A stretch of DNA of 60,734 nucleotides, the filler included. It is 3 parts of 3 records of this genome, joined end to end, with 100 filler letters (N's around TTAATTAATTAA, not from the genome) between each part and the next. Parts side by side here need not be neighbours in the genome. Positions count along the whole stretch, not along the records: positions 22,860 to 46,394 come from SRR20825019_3139; positions 46,495 to 60,734 come from SRR20825019_3142; 1 more part is not named here. One strand, written 5' to 3'. Both the position numbers and the translations under genes were made by a program. The notes under the pieces were generated by a model. That model was not told the DNA's origin. It searched no databases and saw only the letters and a program-made list of their open reading frames with translations. Numbering within the stretch: position 1 is the first letter of the stretch; the number at the start of each line of letters is the position of its first letter. This document shows positions 39,450 to 49,655 of this stretch, piece after piece.

Positions 39450-39529
39450 TTTCTATTCGCGTTAATTTTAATTTCTATTATCTCAAACATATCTATGTAC
39501 CCATGTTCCTACGTGGGCTGGTGCACGAT

Positions 39530-40370
39530 ATGGAAGCCGACCCGCCCAACGTGGCGGTGGGACTGGGGGGGGGGGGTGGTTGTGGGAAGTGGAACCGGGC
39601 GGCATGAAGAGAACAGTTGAAGAGCTGCAATCACATCGTCGTTGGGAGTTTTTGGACGCGCGTATTTGCCCACCCCGAACAAGACTAATCATGGCCCGCA
39701 CCGTGGGACCACTCACGCGGCGAAGGAGTGTGGTGGCCGGGCCTGCAGCGTGCCGGTGGGGGCGGCGGCGAGCCTTCGTGTGGGGAGGCCCGAGCCGGCA
39801 CCGGGCCCCCGGCCGACGTGCCGCTCGATTGCGCCTACGGCCCGGCTGCCGGGCGGTGCTGCGGTCGTGCGGGCCGGCGGCGCGCCGCACCCGGCTCCTG
39901 CGAATCAATCCGGTTGACTGCCGACTCATGATTCATTTTAGTCCCGAATGGGAAACAGTGTAAACAGTTCTGGTGTGAAACAACCGCCATTGTTTATGTA
40001 ATATCACATGAGTACATACGGCGGTGCTTGTACTCCAAACCTTGATTCCGATTGGGCCAGCCGGGCCCGGTGGCTCAGTGGGCCCCCAGACCGGCATAGC
40101 CTCGCTCTTTGATCCAACGAGGCGATACACTCAACTGAGTGACGACCGACTCAACGAGGCCGCTGACCCGCGATGTGGCAGTCAGCGCCGCCGGCGCCAG
40201 CTGGGAGTGACCGACCCGCCGAGGCCGCGCCGGGGTACGGTACCCCCCGACCCGGTGTCGATGATGGCTGGAGTGTGCACAGGTCCGCTTGAGATGGGGA
40301 AATGCCTCGGACTGCTGACGGCCGCTGACCTCACAGAGGATGACTGCGAAACTCGAGTCCCGACATGGTC
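39530..40370. promoter_or_regulatory. GC-rich island between the divergent TrpRS and hom genes
   Basis: Two GC-rich lobes separated by a short AT-richer core (~39930-40020); G12 run at 39565-39576. Confidence 0.55.
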
Positions 40371-40433
40371 GTTGAGAGGTGTGTTCAGCAGTATATCAGT
40401 GTCGATGCTAACAATACGTCTCGATGCCAAACC

Positions 40434-42111
40434 ATGAAGATTGCTATTGTCGGTGGCGGTACCGTGGGAGGGGGTATTGTTGAAGTCCTTCGCACTAAAC
40501 ACGATGCACTCGCGGAGATGGGAGTGTCTTTCAACGTATGAAGCATTTTCAATTTAATTTGTGCTATTTTTTCACAAGTTTCCTAGGTTGCGGCAATTGT
40601 TGTACGTGACGTGAAGAAGACACGGGACTACACCCCGCCTCCCGGATGTATTATTACGTCCGACTATGGTTCGGTTTTGTCGGACAAGTCCATTGACATG
40701 GTAGTGGAAGTGATGGGCGGCGTCACCGCTGCAAAAGATGTTGTTTTCGATGCCATCAGTAAGCAAGGCCATTGTGTTATCGCCTCCTGTTATTAACTCA
40801 CTTCCCTTAGAGAGTGGTAAGCACGTCGTGACTGCAAACAAAGCTTTGGTTGCGAAGCACCTTACTGAAATTCGGAAGATGTTGGAGACCAAGCCTGGTG
40901 TACGTTTTGGATACGAGGCAGCAGTTGCTGGTTTGTAGTTTGAGTATTGGTTTATTCTTGCCTGATTATCCATGTAAAGGCGGCATTCCCATCATCAACT
41001 CCATGCAGCATTCATTCCTTGGTGATACGGTGACTCAAGTGTCTGGAATTCTCAACGGCACGACCAACTTCATCCTCACGAAAATGGTCAAAGAAGGAGC
41101 GTCATATGGTGATGTCCTCAAGGAGGTATTATTCCTATCAGATTCAGTAGTTGTGTCTATTCATCGTTCTATGTCAATATCAGGCTCAAGATCTCGGCTA
41201 TGCTGAAGCCGAGCCTTCAGCTGACGTGGATGGCTACGATGCTCGTGCCAAGATTGTTCTCCTGGCTAAGCTTGCCTTTGGTATGGCCCGCCGGATGAGA
41301 CAGTCTTTGTTATTTCTCACAGTTTTTAGGTGTGGAGTTGGATGAAACTAGAGTTCCGTGTACAGGAATTACAGGTCTCACCAAGGATGACTTCACCTAC
41401 GCCAAGAATATGGAGGTGAGTGGGAATATGCTGAAGATATGGCACGAAATAACGGGGGCCCGTAGTCGACAATCAAGTTGCTTGGGGTTACAAGGGTCGT
41501 GCCTGGAGGGGTGAACTGCTTTGTTTCACCAGGTATGCTGTGGTGTCGAATGGCTATTGTAAGAATTGCCTGACCAGGTTGCAGTTGTGGTTTCATTAGA
41601 CTCAACGCTGGCGAATGTATGGGGGGCCACCAATGTTGTGGAGGTAAAATCTTCCTCGTTGCAGTCTTCCCTGTTCGTTGGCCAGGGCGCTGGTCGTTAC
41701 CCCACCGCCAATTCCTGTGTCTCGGATATGATTGCCATTGCCCAGAACCGTTGCGCTAATCCGTTCCCACTTCGCGTTCCCCAAGAGTCCACATTGGTCT
41801 CCGACTTTGAATCCCGCTTTTTCATTCGCTTTAGGGTAAAAGATGGAGTTGGTATCATCCGCAGGATCGGCGAGGTTTGCGCATCTATTGATGTTGGTAT
41901 TCACTCCATTCTCCAGATTCCCATTAAGGTTGGTTTTTCAGATGCTTGAAATGTGGCGTGGAGATATTCACAGGATTTGCAGGATCCCAATGATGTGCCA
42001 TTTGTAATTACTACTGAAATTACAACTCATGAGCGCGCCCTTGCCGTTGTGGACACCATCTTTAAGGAATCCTGGTCGTTGTCGAAGCCATTCCTCCTGC
42101 CGATTATGTAA
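40434..42111 (+). CDS. hom: Homoserine dehydrogenase, monofunctional, with C-terminal ACT-like domain; ~8 introns
   Basis: IVGGGTVGGG, VVEVMGG, GKHVVTANKAL, YEAAVAGGIPII, GILNGTTNFILTKM, AQDLGYAEAEPSADVDGYDARAK, GQGAGRYPTANS; ACT-like FFIRFRVKDGVGII..GIHSILQ. Confidence 0.93.
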
Positions 42112-42177
42112 ATGCCACAATATCTAAATATTATCTAGGAAATGTAGTCTTGGTTTCTCTAGGCGCTGGTGGCGGTT

Positions 42178-45100
42178 CTACTTTGGAAGACCACACCACC
42201 ATGCCACTCTTCCTTCGCGGAGGAGGGGTGGGCCTAATAACTCCGGTTTGAAGTCTGAACCTTAGCTTTCGGTTCAGATCCTGCTTCTTTGTTGGTAATC
42301 GTTAATACTCAACGAAATCGCGATCCATACCTGGAGTCTAGAAGCGATTCCATCTAACGTGGACAGGGAAACCATCTCTGGCCATTTCAGCGTACGCAGA
42401 GTATATGATTCTGGCACAAATCCGGGCTGATCGAAAAATGTGTCATCATATATGCCACAAAACATTAACGAAACCCTACTATTGCTTTCGGATTGTGCAT
42501 ATTGTAACGTCCTATCCGCTCGATGAAATCCATGGGTTCATTTTCGTAAATGTTCTTGAATCCCACGAATCGCCTTTCAGACTAATGAAATTTCAGTAAC
42601 AAGGATGTGTTGCTCCTGAGGCTATACCTTGAAGATATCTCGCGTCCATTCATCAATGAGTAGTTGGGCGTTCCTCCTTGTGAGCCTCACAATGCACTGA
42701 ACTATACGTTCTAGTTGAGCTCGAGATATTGAATTCCATCCTGTCACTCCCTGCGCCGCATACGCATAGTGAAGAAGGTCTTCCACCTGCACAATTAAGT
42801 TTCAGCGAGCGCACTCCGCTATGACTTCAGAGCATGCCATACGCTTTCCACCACAGCATCCATGGCCCGGAAGACTAGTCTCTGTCGCGCTCGACAAATC
42901 CAATTCCTCATAGCGGGCTTCAACAATGTTAGTCATATTCATCATAGCCTCCATAAACTCACCAGGTGGCGTGTAATGCCCCTGAGGCAGTACCAATACC
43001 GAAGAACGCGAGCATGCCAGTAGGTCACTGTGCAGTCCATCAAGGTTCCCTTAGCCGTAACCAAATGGGGCATATAGTTCCTGAAAGGAACCCCGGGGGC
43101 ATGAGCTTGGTTCTCGTCCATGTCAAAGATACCACCAAGTGCATGTTGCTGCCCTGAGGAATGTTCGGGCACGTGCTTCGGTACATGTGCACGTGCCATA
43201 GATGAAGCAACCACACGAAGATTAGGAACAGCAAGGCTCACAGCGAAGGGGCCTCTCTCCTCAGCTTCTTTCTTTCTTGCAAGCGCATTCCGGTTCCGCT
43301 CCCGTTTCTGATATGACGACAACTCATCAATCATTCTATTATCGTTTCTTTGGAGATATTTTTCGAACAACTCAGAATCGAAGGCTTGCTTGCTTCTTTT
43401 GTTGTCTTGCTCAGGTCTCACCTTGAACCTTACAAGTTCATGAAGGGTCTGTGCCTTTTCTCTATCACTTTCGATACCACCGCCCACCACTCCTTCATCA
43501 TAGTTGAGCTCTACTTGTGCGAGAGAACTCTTGATATCGTCAAGCAAGGCTCCATCCATAAATTCATCGCGCTTGGGTAGTCCAAGAAAATCGACAATAT
43601 ACTCCTCGGGTCTAAACGCCACTTTGAGTGTGGGACGAAGGAGCTCTTCAGAAAACGCTGCCACAAAGAGGTCAAGGCCTCCACCCGATCTGACCATATC
43701 ACCTGACTCAGCTTGAGTAGTGGTTAAGTCTTGGCCATTTGCATTTGCCTCAGATGTGAGGCTATCCTGTGAATTTTGTTTGGATATTGCGCGTTCTTCG
43801 TCAATGGGGTGGGCATCAGGATGGTTGGTGGTAGTGGTTGGTCGCTCGCCGGTTTCTTCTGCTATCAGTTCTATTTCAGGCCGCTCCGACTCGGGACCAT
43901 CATTCGAATTTTCTATGTCTACATCGGCCTGAGCATCGGCCTGGGCAGCCAAGTCAGACAACTTCTTGACGTGTTCCAATGATTCAGCTTCTGCCACGGC
44001 AACCACAGCATCGATCACCATGGTTTCTTGACCAAGAATTAAAAGGTTTACCCCCCTCTGAGAAGTGACTTTGGCTTTAAGGCGAGCAGCACTTCCCTTA
44101 ATATCACCGAGTTTCTCTAGGGTTTTGAGTGCATCCATCGCAGCTTGGGAGTTCGCATCAATACCCCAATGATCGAAGAAGCGAGAAATTTTGTTCCCAT
44201 CCAACTTTCCATCAGCTGAGAGAAGCTTTTCGATATCCCCAGGATCCTCCTCCTTGACCTTGTCACCACTGCTGCCGTCTAGAGCCTGCAGGATGCCACG
44301 GATTCTTGCCGCTTCATCACTACTAGAGTCCAGTCTTGACAGCATATCTTGAAGCCTACCAATCTCCTCCTCCGAAACCATGTCTCGAGCAGATAAACAA
44401 CCACGTGTAATATCACGGGATACCCCAACAGATGAAGCAATTCTAGTTGTAATATCACCCAAGAACGCACTGTCCCTTCCCGTGCTTCTTGCAGATGCTA
44501 CTGTTCCCATCTTCATATCATCTTCACTATCATGGGCATGATCACCCACATCCTCCCCTCCATCACTATCTCCAGACCCTTCTTCATTGATATCATCCTC
44601 AAGGCCCCGGATGAGATTCTGAAGGGCGCGCATTTCTTCAAGAAGACGCTTTCCTTCTTCAGAGTTCTCATCCACCTCACCTAGCCGGCGTCTGAGTCTT
44701 TCTAATTCATCTTCAAGTTCTGACTTCAATCTTCGTCTCCAGCCCTTTCCCCGATGCGGTTTGCGCTTCTTACTCCAAAACTGGAAACGACCATCCCAGT
44801 GATCCCCTTTGTACAGTCCATACATCTTCCTTGGGCTCCAGCGTTCATATTTGCTGCGTTTGAACCTGACCCTCATGCGTTGGGCGAACCCGGCAATCAG
44901 GTTGACTGCGCCTTGTTCCACCTTTTCTCTCCGGGCACGAGCATTTCTAAGCCTTTCTTCGGTTCTCTTCAACATCGCTCTTTGTTGAGCCAGTCTACAC
45001 AATACGGAATATAAGTTTTAAACCTAAAACCACTAGGAAAAAAGCCTACTTTTCTTTCGATAACGCTCTTCGTTTGATGCGCCATCTTCTTATCCATTGC

Positions 45101-45838
45101 TGTATCAACAGGACAGCATGGTCGTGAGTCATTTCCTTTCGCCTCGCCAACTTCCTTGCTTTGTTCTCCAACGTGATTTTTAGTCTTTGTTCAATAAGCT
45201 TTTGCTTCTTTAATCTCGCTCGCCGACGTGCTCTCCATCTACGTACGTACTTCTGAATAATGCGAACAGCCTTTTCACGCCTTGCCTCTCGAGCCATCTT
45301 CGCCTTATTAAACTGCCGGAAGTTCTTTTGTAATACCACCGCAGCTCGATCCTCTTTTGTTAATCGGCTTGCTGGCACCTTATCTTTCGGAGGAAATCTT
45401 TTGTTTGCCACTGGTGACTTGGGGCTATCTATGGATCCTTTCCCACTTGTGACTTTCACGATGTCAGCAACGTCTTGATGTAACCTTTCAAGCTGATGCA
45501 GAGATAAACCCATTGGAAACTTGAGTTCGCTCCTAGCATAGTCGTCCGGAACATCACTTGACTCAACATGCGCGCTGTATTCCCTAGAGCGTGAGTTAGA
45601 GTCAAGCAGCTGCAAGTAACAGGGCATAAAACACATACTGGAGCAAGAGCGACGTAAAGTCCGCCCCATTAGAGATGTCAGAGTCACTATTTTCCTTCTG
45701 TGACGTTGAAGCTCGGGCACTCTCAGTAACTAGTTCCAAGAGCTGCTTGGATATAGCCTCGAGCCGGGTGTTACCATGGCTGAACTTCTTAAGAGTCTTC
45801 CTAAACTTTGAGATAATAGCATCCTCGTCCTCTCTCAT
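42178..45838 (-). CDS. Large IQ (calmodulin-binding) motif and coiled-coil protein of unknown function, multi-exon
   Basis: Three IQ-like motifs (VLQKNFRQF, IIQKYVRRWRARR, LIQQWIRRWRIKR) and a 686-aa central ORF. GT-AG splicing gives an open frame from ATG 45838 to TAG 42178-42180. Confidence 0.65.
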
Positions 45839-45876
45839 CTTCGATTTCAATTGTCAAGACAGTGTGCTAACTACCT

Positions 45877-45904
45877 AACTCCATGACTAAAACTCCATGA
45901 CTAA
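45877..45904. repeat. Perfect 14-bp tandem duplication AACTCCATGACTAA x2
   Basis: Read directly at 45877-45890 and 45891-45904, just upstream of the IQ gene start. Confidence 0.9.
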
Positions 45905-46394
45905 GAAACTGCCACTACAGGATTTTTTGGTAGTGTACTTTACTTGTAAACAGTCGGTGTGTGGCCCGTCGGAATGCCCCTTGGCCTGGTTGTCGCAATG
46001 ATACGGCGTGCAGCACGGTATGGCATGGGAACCGACGACAGCCGGGCCACATCCGTCCGGTTGCCAGTGATTCAACACTGAAAAGGACACCGACGCTGCT
46101 CAGAACGACGGTGGGCCGCCCCCACCTTGCCCCCGCCGGGTTGTGTCGAGTGGCCGTAACCGGCTCCACGGGCGTGCCACCCGCCTGCGACCGCTTTGGG
46201 TAGTAGCCAAGTCATGCACGACTCTGTTGCTGTCCAAGGCCCGGCCACCGCACTCGACGCCGGCCCGCTCAAGTTGGCCCGCTCGTGGGCCTCCGGCAGC
46301 CTGACTGGACGTGCTGTCACAGGCCGGCGTCCATCGCCAGTGCCGGGGGAGACGGCGGCGGGGCGCCGGGCGCCGGGGGGGGGGGGGGGGGGGG

Positions 46395-46494
46395 NNNNNN
46401 NNNNNNNNNNNNNNNNNNNNNNNNNNNNNNNNNNNNNNTTAATTAATTAANNNNNNNNNNNNNNNNNNNNNNNNNNNNNNNNNNNNNNNNNNNN
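46395..46494. other. Artificial contig-joining spacer; boundary between eukaryotic and bacterial sequence
   Basis: N44-TTAATTAATTAA-N44; gene structure and base composition change abruptly across it. Confidence 0.98.
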
Positions 46495-46848
46495 AAACAG
46501 CGCGAAGTGCTGGAAAACCATGGTAATTTTCTGGCGCCGGACGTCGCGAAGCGTTTCCTTGTCGCAGGAGGCGACATCGACATCGTCGATGATGATTTGG
46601 CCGGCGGTCGGCGGGATCAGGCCATTCAGCGTCCGCACGATCGTCGATTTCCCGGAACCGGACAGTCCCATTATGACGAAGATTTCGCCCTCATTGACCT
46701 CGAAACTGACATTGTCGATTCCGACGGTGACGCCGGTCGCCTTGAAGATGTCTTCCTTGCTTTCGCCAGCGGCCAGGCGGCGCGCGCCTTCGCCGTCGTC
46801 ATCGTTGAATAGTTTCGACACGTTTTTGGCGGTCAGTTTGACGCTCAT
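46495..46848 (-). CDS. Glycine betaine/proline/choline-type ABC transporter ATP-binding subunit (ProV/OpuAA family), truncated by the contig end
   Basis: MSVKLTAKNVSKLF..KEDIFKATGVTVGIDNVSFEVNEGEIFVIMGLSGSGKST..MVFQHFALF; RBS-like GAAGGA upstream. Confidence 0.9.
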
Positions 46849-47241
46849 ACTTGTTCCTTCTCCGGCGGGCATCCGATTGTCCAGCGCTTTGTGCAAGCGC
46901 TTGTACACGTTGAAACGCAGGGTTTGCGTGCGGACGATGATCCCGCATGGGGGCGGGCATGCAAAGCCTCATACGGCTTCGCTCGGGCCTCCAGATAAGC
47001 AATGGTGGAGGCTCGCCGCAAACACGGTTTTGTCGGCGGCGTGGTTGTTGTGTAGAATTTGGGCGCACGATTGTCAAATTTGCGGCCATAAAGTGCCGGT
47101 TGGGGGCCGTTTGGGGATTGCGGCCGGTTTAATCGCATTCCGGGTGCTGGAAGCGCATTTCCATGGCCTTTCAGCTTGAACAGGCGGGGCGGGCGCGCTA
47201 GTCCATGGGACGTTGTTGAACGGGATACCAAGGGTGACGGT

Positions 47242-47883
47242 TTGATCGATCCCTATGAAGTGCTGGGCATAAATCGCGATTGCGACGGCGAGGCCGTGCG
47301 CGCGGCGTACCGGCGGCTGGCCAAGGAAGCACATCCCGACAGCGGCGGCGACGGAGACCGGTTCGCCCGTCTTCAGGCTTCCTACGACCTGTTGAAGGAC
47401 CCGGTGCGCCGCAAGGTGTATGACGATACCGGCTATGACCCCGAACTCGCCGATGCCAAGGATCTGAAAGGCGTGCTACTGCTCGAACCGCTGGTCAACG
47501 AGATGATCCTCGATGAGCGCGAGCCGGGCAGTTTCGACCCTGTGGCGGCGATGCGGCGCAAGCTTTCCGACGACATCCTGAAGAGCCGGTTCCATATACT
47601 GGAGCTGGAGCGCCACCGCGCACGGGTGCGCAAGCATATGGCGAGGCTTGCCCGGCGCAAGCGCGACAAGGGCAGTTCCGATGTGCTCGGCTCGATGCTG
47701 CGGGCGCGCAGCGAATCGATCGGGGAGGCGATCCGCAATGCCGAAACCCAGATCGAGGCGATCGAGCAGGCCTATGTGATGCTTGAAGGCTATGCCTATG
47801 AGCTGGAGCATGACGGCGAAGCGGATAGCCCTGCCGAGAAACATCTGGAAGACAAGACAGCGCAAGGCAAGGCCGCAGAATAA
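47242..47883 (+). CDS. J-domain (DnaJ class C) protein with helical C-terminal domain
   Basis: DPYEVLG..AYRRLAKEAHPD..YDLLKDPVRRKVYD with an intact HPD motif; no G/F or zinc-finger region. TTG start at 47242 inferred. Confidence 0.85.
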   Translation: MIDPYEVLGINRDCDGEAVRAAYRRLAKEAHPDSGGDGDRFARLQASYDLLKDPVRRKVYDDTGYDPELADAKDLKGVLLLEPLVNEMILDEREPGSFDPVAAMRRKLSDDILKSRFHILELERHRARVRKHMARLARRKRDKGSSDVLGSMLRARSESIGEAIRNAETQIEAIEQAYVMLEGYAYELEHDGEADSPAEKHLEDKTAQGKAAE

Positions 47884-47934
47884 CGGGGTCGCAGAACAGA
47901 CGGGCCGCGGAGTTCTGGCCGGGGAGACAGTGAA

Positions 47935-49266
47935 ATGGATGAAATGGAATGGTCGCGGCTGCTCGACCTGGAACGTCTCCATCGTCCCGACCAGAAGGCC
48001 TCTCCCCGCCGTCCGGCCTGGGATCAGGATGCCGACCGGATCTCGTTTTCCGCGCCTTTCCGCAGGCTTGCCAACAAGACCCAGGTCCATCCGCTTTACG
48101 ACCACGACCACATCCATCACCGGCTGATACACAGCATCGAGACGGCAAGCGTCGGGCGTTCGCTCGGGCTGGAGGTCGGCTATTGGCTCGAGCAGGAAGG
48201 CAAGGTCGATCCGGGCGGCCAGGCGATTGTCGCCGGACTCGTGCATGCGGCCTGCCTTGCCCACGATATCGGCAATCCGCCATTCGGCCATTCCGGCGAG
48301 GCAGCAATCGGCGCATGGTTTGCCGAACGCTTCGACCGGGGCGGGGGGCTGTTTTTTGACCGAGAGGCCTGTTTTGCCGAGGAGTTCGAGGCATTCGAGG
48401 GCAACGCCCAGGGCTTTCGCATCCTCACCCGCCTGGAAATGAACCGGCCGGGCGGAATGCGGCTCACCCACGGAACGCTCGGCGCGTTCATCAAGTATCC
48501 GGTGACGGCCAGGGTCCGCAACAAAATCGCGGTCCACGACGGCGGCCTGAAGAAGTTCGGCGTGTTCGAAAGCGAGCGCGCCGAGCTTGAAACCGTCGCC
48601 GCCCGTACCGGACTGATCGCGGGGGATGCCGCGCGAAACTGGTGGCGGCGCCATCCGCTCGTTCTCCTCGTCGAGGCGGCCGACGATATCTGCTACAATA
48701 TTCTCGACCTCGAGGATGCCTTCACCACCGGGGATCTCGGCTATGGCGACGTTGCGCCGCTTCTTTCGGATGTTGCCGGCTTTGCACCGAAGGATGATCG
48801 AGGTGATTCACCCGCCGAGAAGATCGCGGTGCTGCGGGCGGTCGCGATCGGCAGGGCATTTGAGGATTGCAGCAGGGCCTTTGCCGGGAACTACGATGCG
48901 ATCATGGGCGGCACGTTTGCCCGGGGGCTCGTCGGCGCTTCGGCCCAGGCGGAAAATTTCGCCGCGATCGAGAACCTGTCCAATGAGCGCATCTTCACCT
49001 CGCCACGCAAGACCGAACTCGAGGTCATGGGCCGCAACATGGTCCATCGCATTCTCGACGGCATCCTGCCGGTAATCGAGGCCCTTGCCGAGGCCGACTG
49101 GCAGGCCGACCGGCTCGATGGCTATCCCCGGCAGTTGCAGCGTGCGCTGGGCATCGATCTGCGTCACGCGAGCGATCCCTACAGCGCGCTCCATGCGCTC
49201 GCCGATTATGTTTCGGGCATGACCGATCGCTATGCCGTGAAGATCGCAGGGATGATCTCGCGCTAG
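47935..49266 (+). CDS. dgt: dGTP triphosphohydrolase (HD-domain dNTPase)
   Basis: DRISFSAPFRRLANKTQV, RLIHSIE, HDIGNPPFGHSGE, FEGNAQGFR, KYP, EAADDICY, DLEDA, DYVSGMTDRYA. Confidence 0.93.
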   Translation: MDEMEWSRLLDLERLHRPDQKASPRRPAWDQDADRISFSAPFRRLANKTQVHPLYDHDHIHHRLIHSIETASVGRSLGLEVGYWLEQEGKVDPGGQAIVAGLVHAACLAHDIGNPPFGHSGEAAIGAWFAERFDRGGGLFFDREACFAEEFEAFEGNAQGFRILTRLEMNRPGGMRLTHGTLGAFIKYPVTARVRNKIAVHDGGLKKFGVFESERAELETVAARTGLIAGDAARNWWRRHPLVLLVEAADDICYNILDLEDAFTTGDLGYGDVAPLLSDVAGFAPKDDRGDSPAEKIAVLRAVAIGRAFEDCSRAFAGNYDAIMGGTFARGLVGASAQAENFAAIENLSNERIFTSPRKTELEVMGRNMVHRILDGILPVIEALAEADWQADRLDGYPRQLQRALGIDLRHASDPYSALHALADYVSGMTDRYAVKIAGMISR

Positions 49267-49430
49267 CGCCTGTCCCTGATGCTTTGAACCGCGAACACGC
49301 TCCGCAGGCACCAAGGCTTCATGTCGCAAGCCACCACGCCAGCGCAATGCTGGCTTGCGTCCAACCCCATACCCGGCAGGCGAGAAGTCACTATGTTGTA
49401 ATTGACAGAGCCGAAACGAGGATTCCAAAG

Positions 49431-49571
49431 ATGAAGAACACCCGCAAGAACGAATTCAGCAATCAGCCCAATCCCCTGGTGCGTTTCGCGCGTGGCGTTG
49501 GCGAACTCTATACCGATTATCACGAACTGAGAGCCGAGGCCCGTCGCCGCTATCCGACCGTATTCCGCTGA
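49431..49571 (+). CDS. Small hypothetical protein (46 aa)
   Basis: GAGG RBS-like site ~10 nt before ATG 49431; MKNTRKNEFSNQPNPLVRFARGVGELYTDYHELRAEARRRYPTVFR; GC-rich hairpin follows. Confidence 0.55.
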   Translation: MKNTRKNEFSNQPNPLVRFARGVGELYTDYHELRAEARRRYPTVFR

Positions 49572-49582
49572 TTTGAGCCGTG

Positions 49583-49605
49583 CCGGGGGCGGAACCGCCC
49601 TCCGG
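49583..49605. terminator. GC-rich hairpin between the convergent small ORF and dctM; putative terminator
   Basis: CCGGGGGCGG-AA-CCGCCCTCCGG inverted repeat; weak U-tract. Confidence 0.4.
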
Positions 49606-49655
49606 TTCAGGTTGACGGTCTGACCGCGACATGGTCCTGCTGCCAGCGTCGGGCA

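Noticed and set aside
1-46394. Alternative genetic code or frameshifting to explain the fragmented ORFs
   Set aside because: The breaks examined are explained by short canonical GT-AG introns that restore conserved reading frames.
46395-46494. Bacteria-to-eukaryote HGT junction
   Set aside because: The junction is an artificial spacer, not contiguous sequence.
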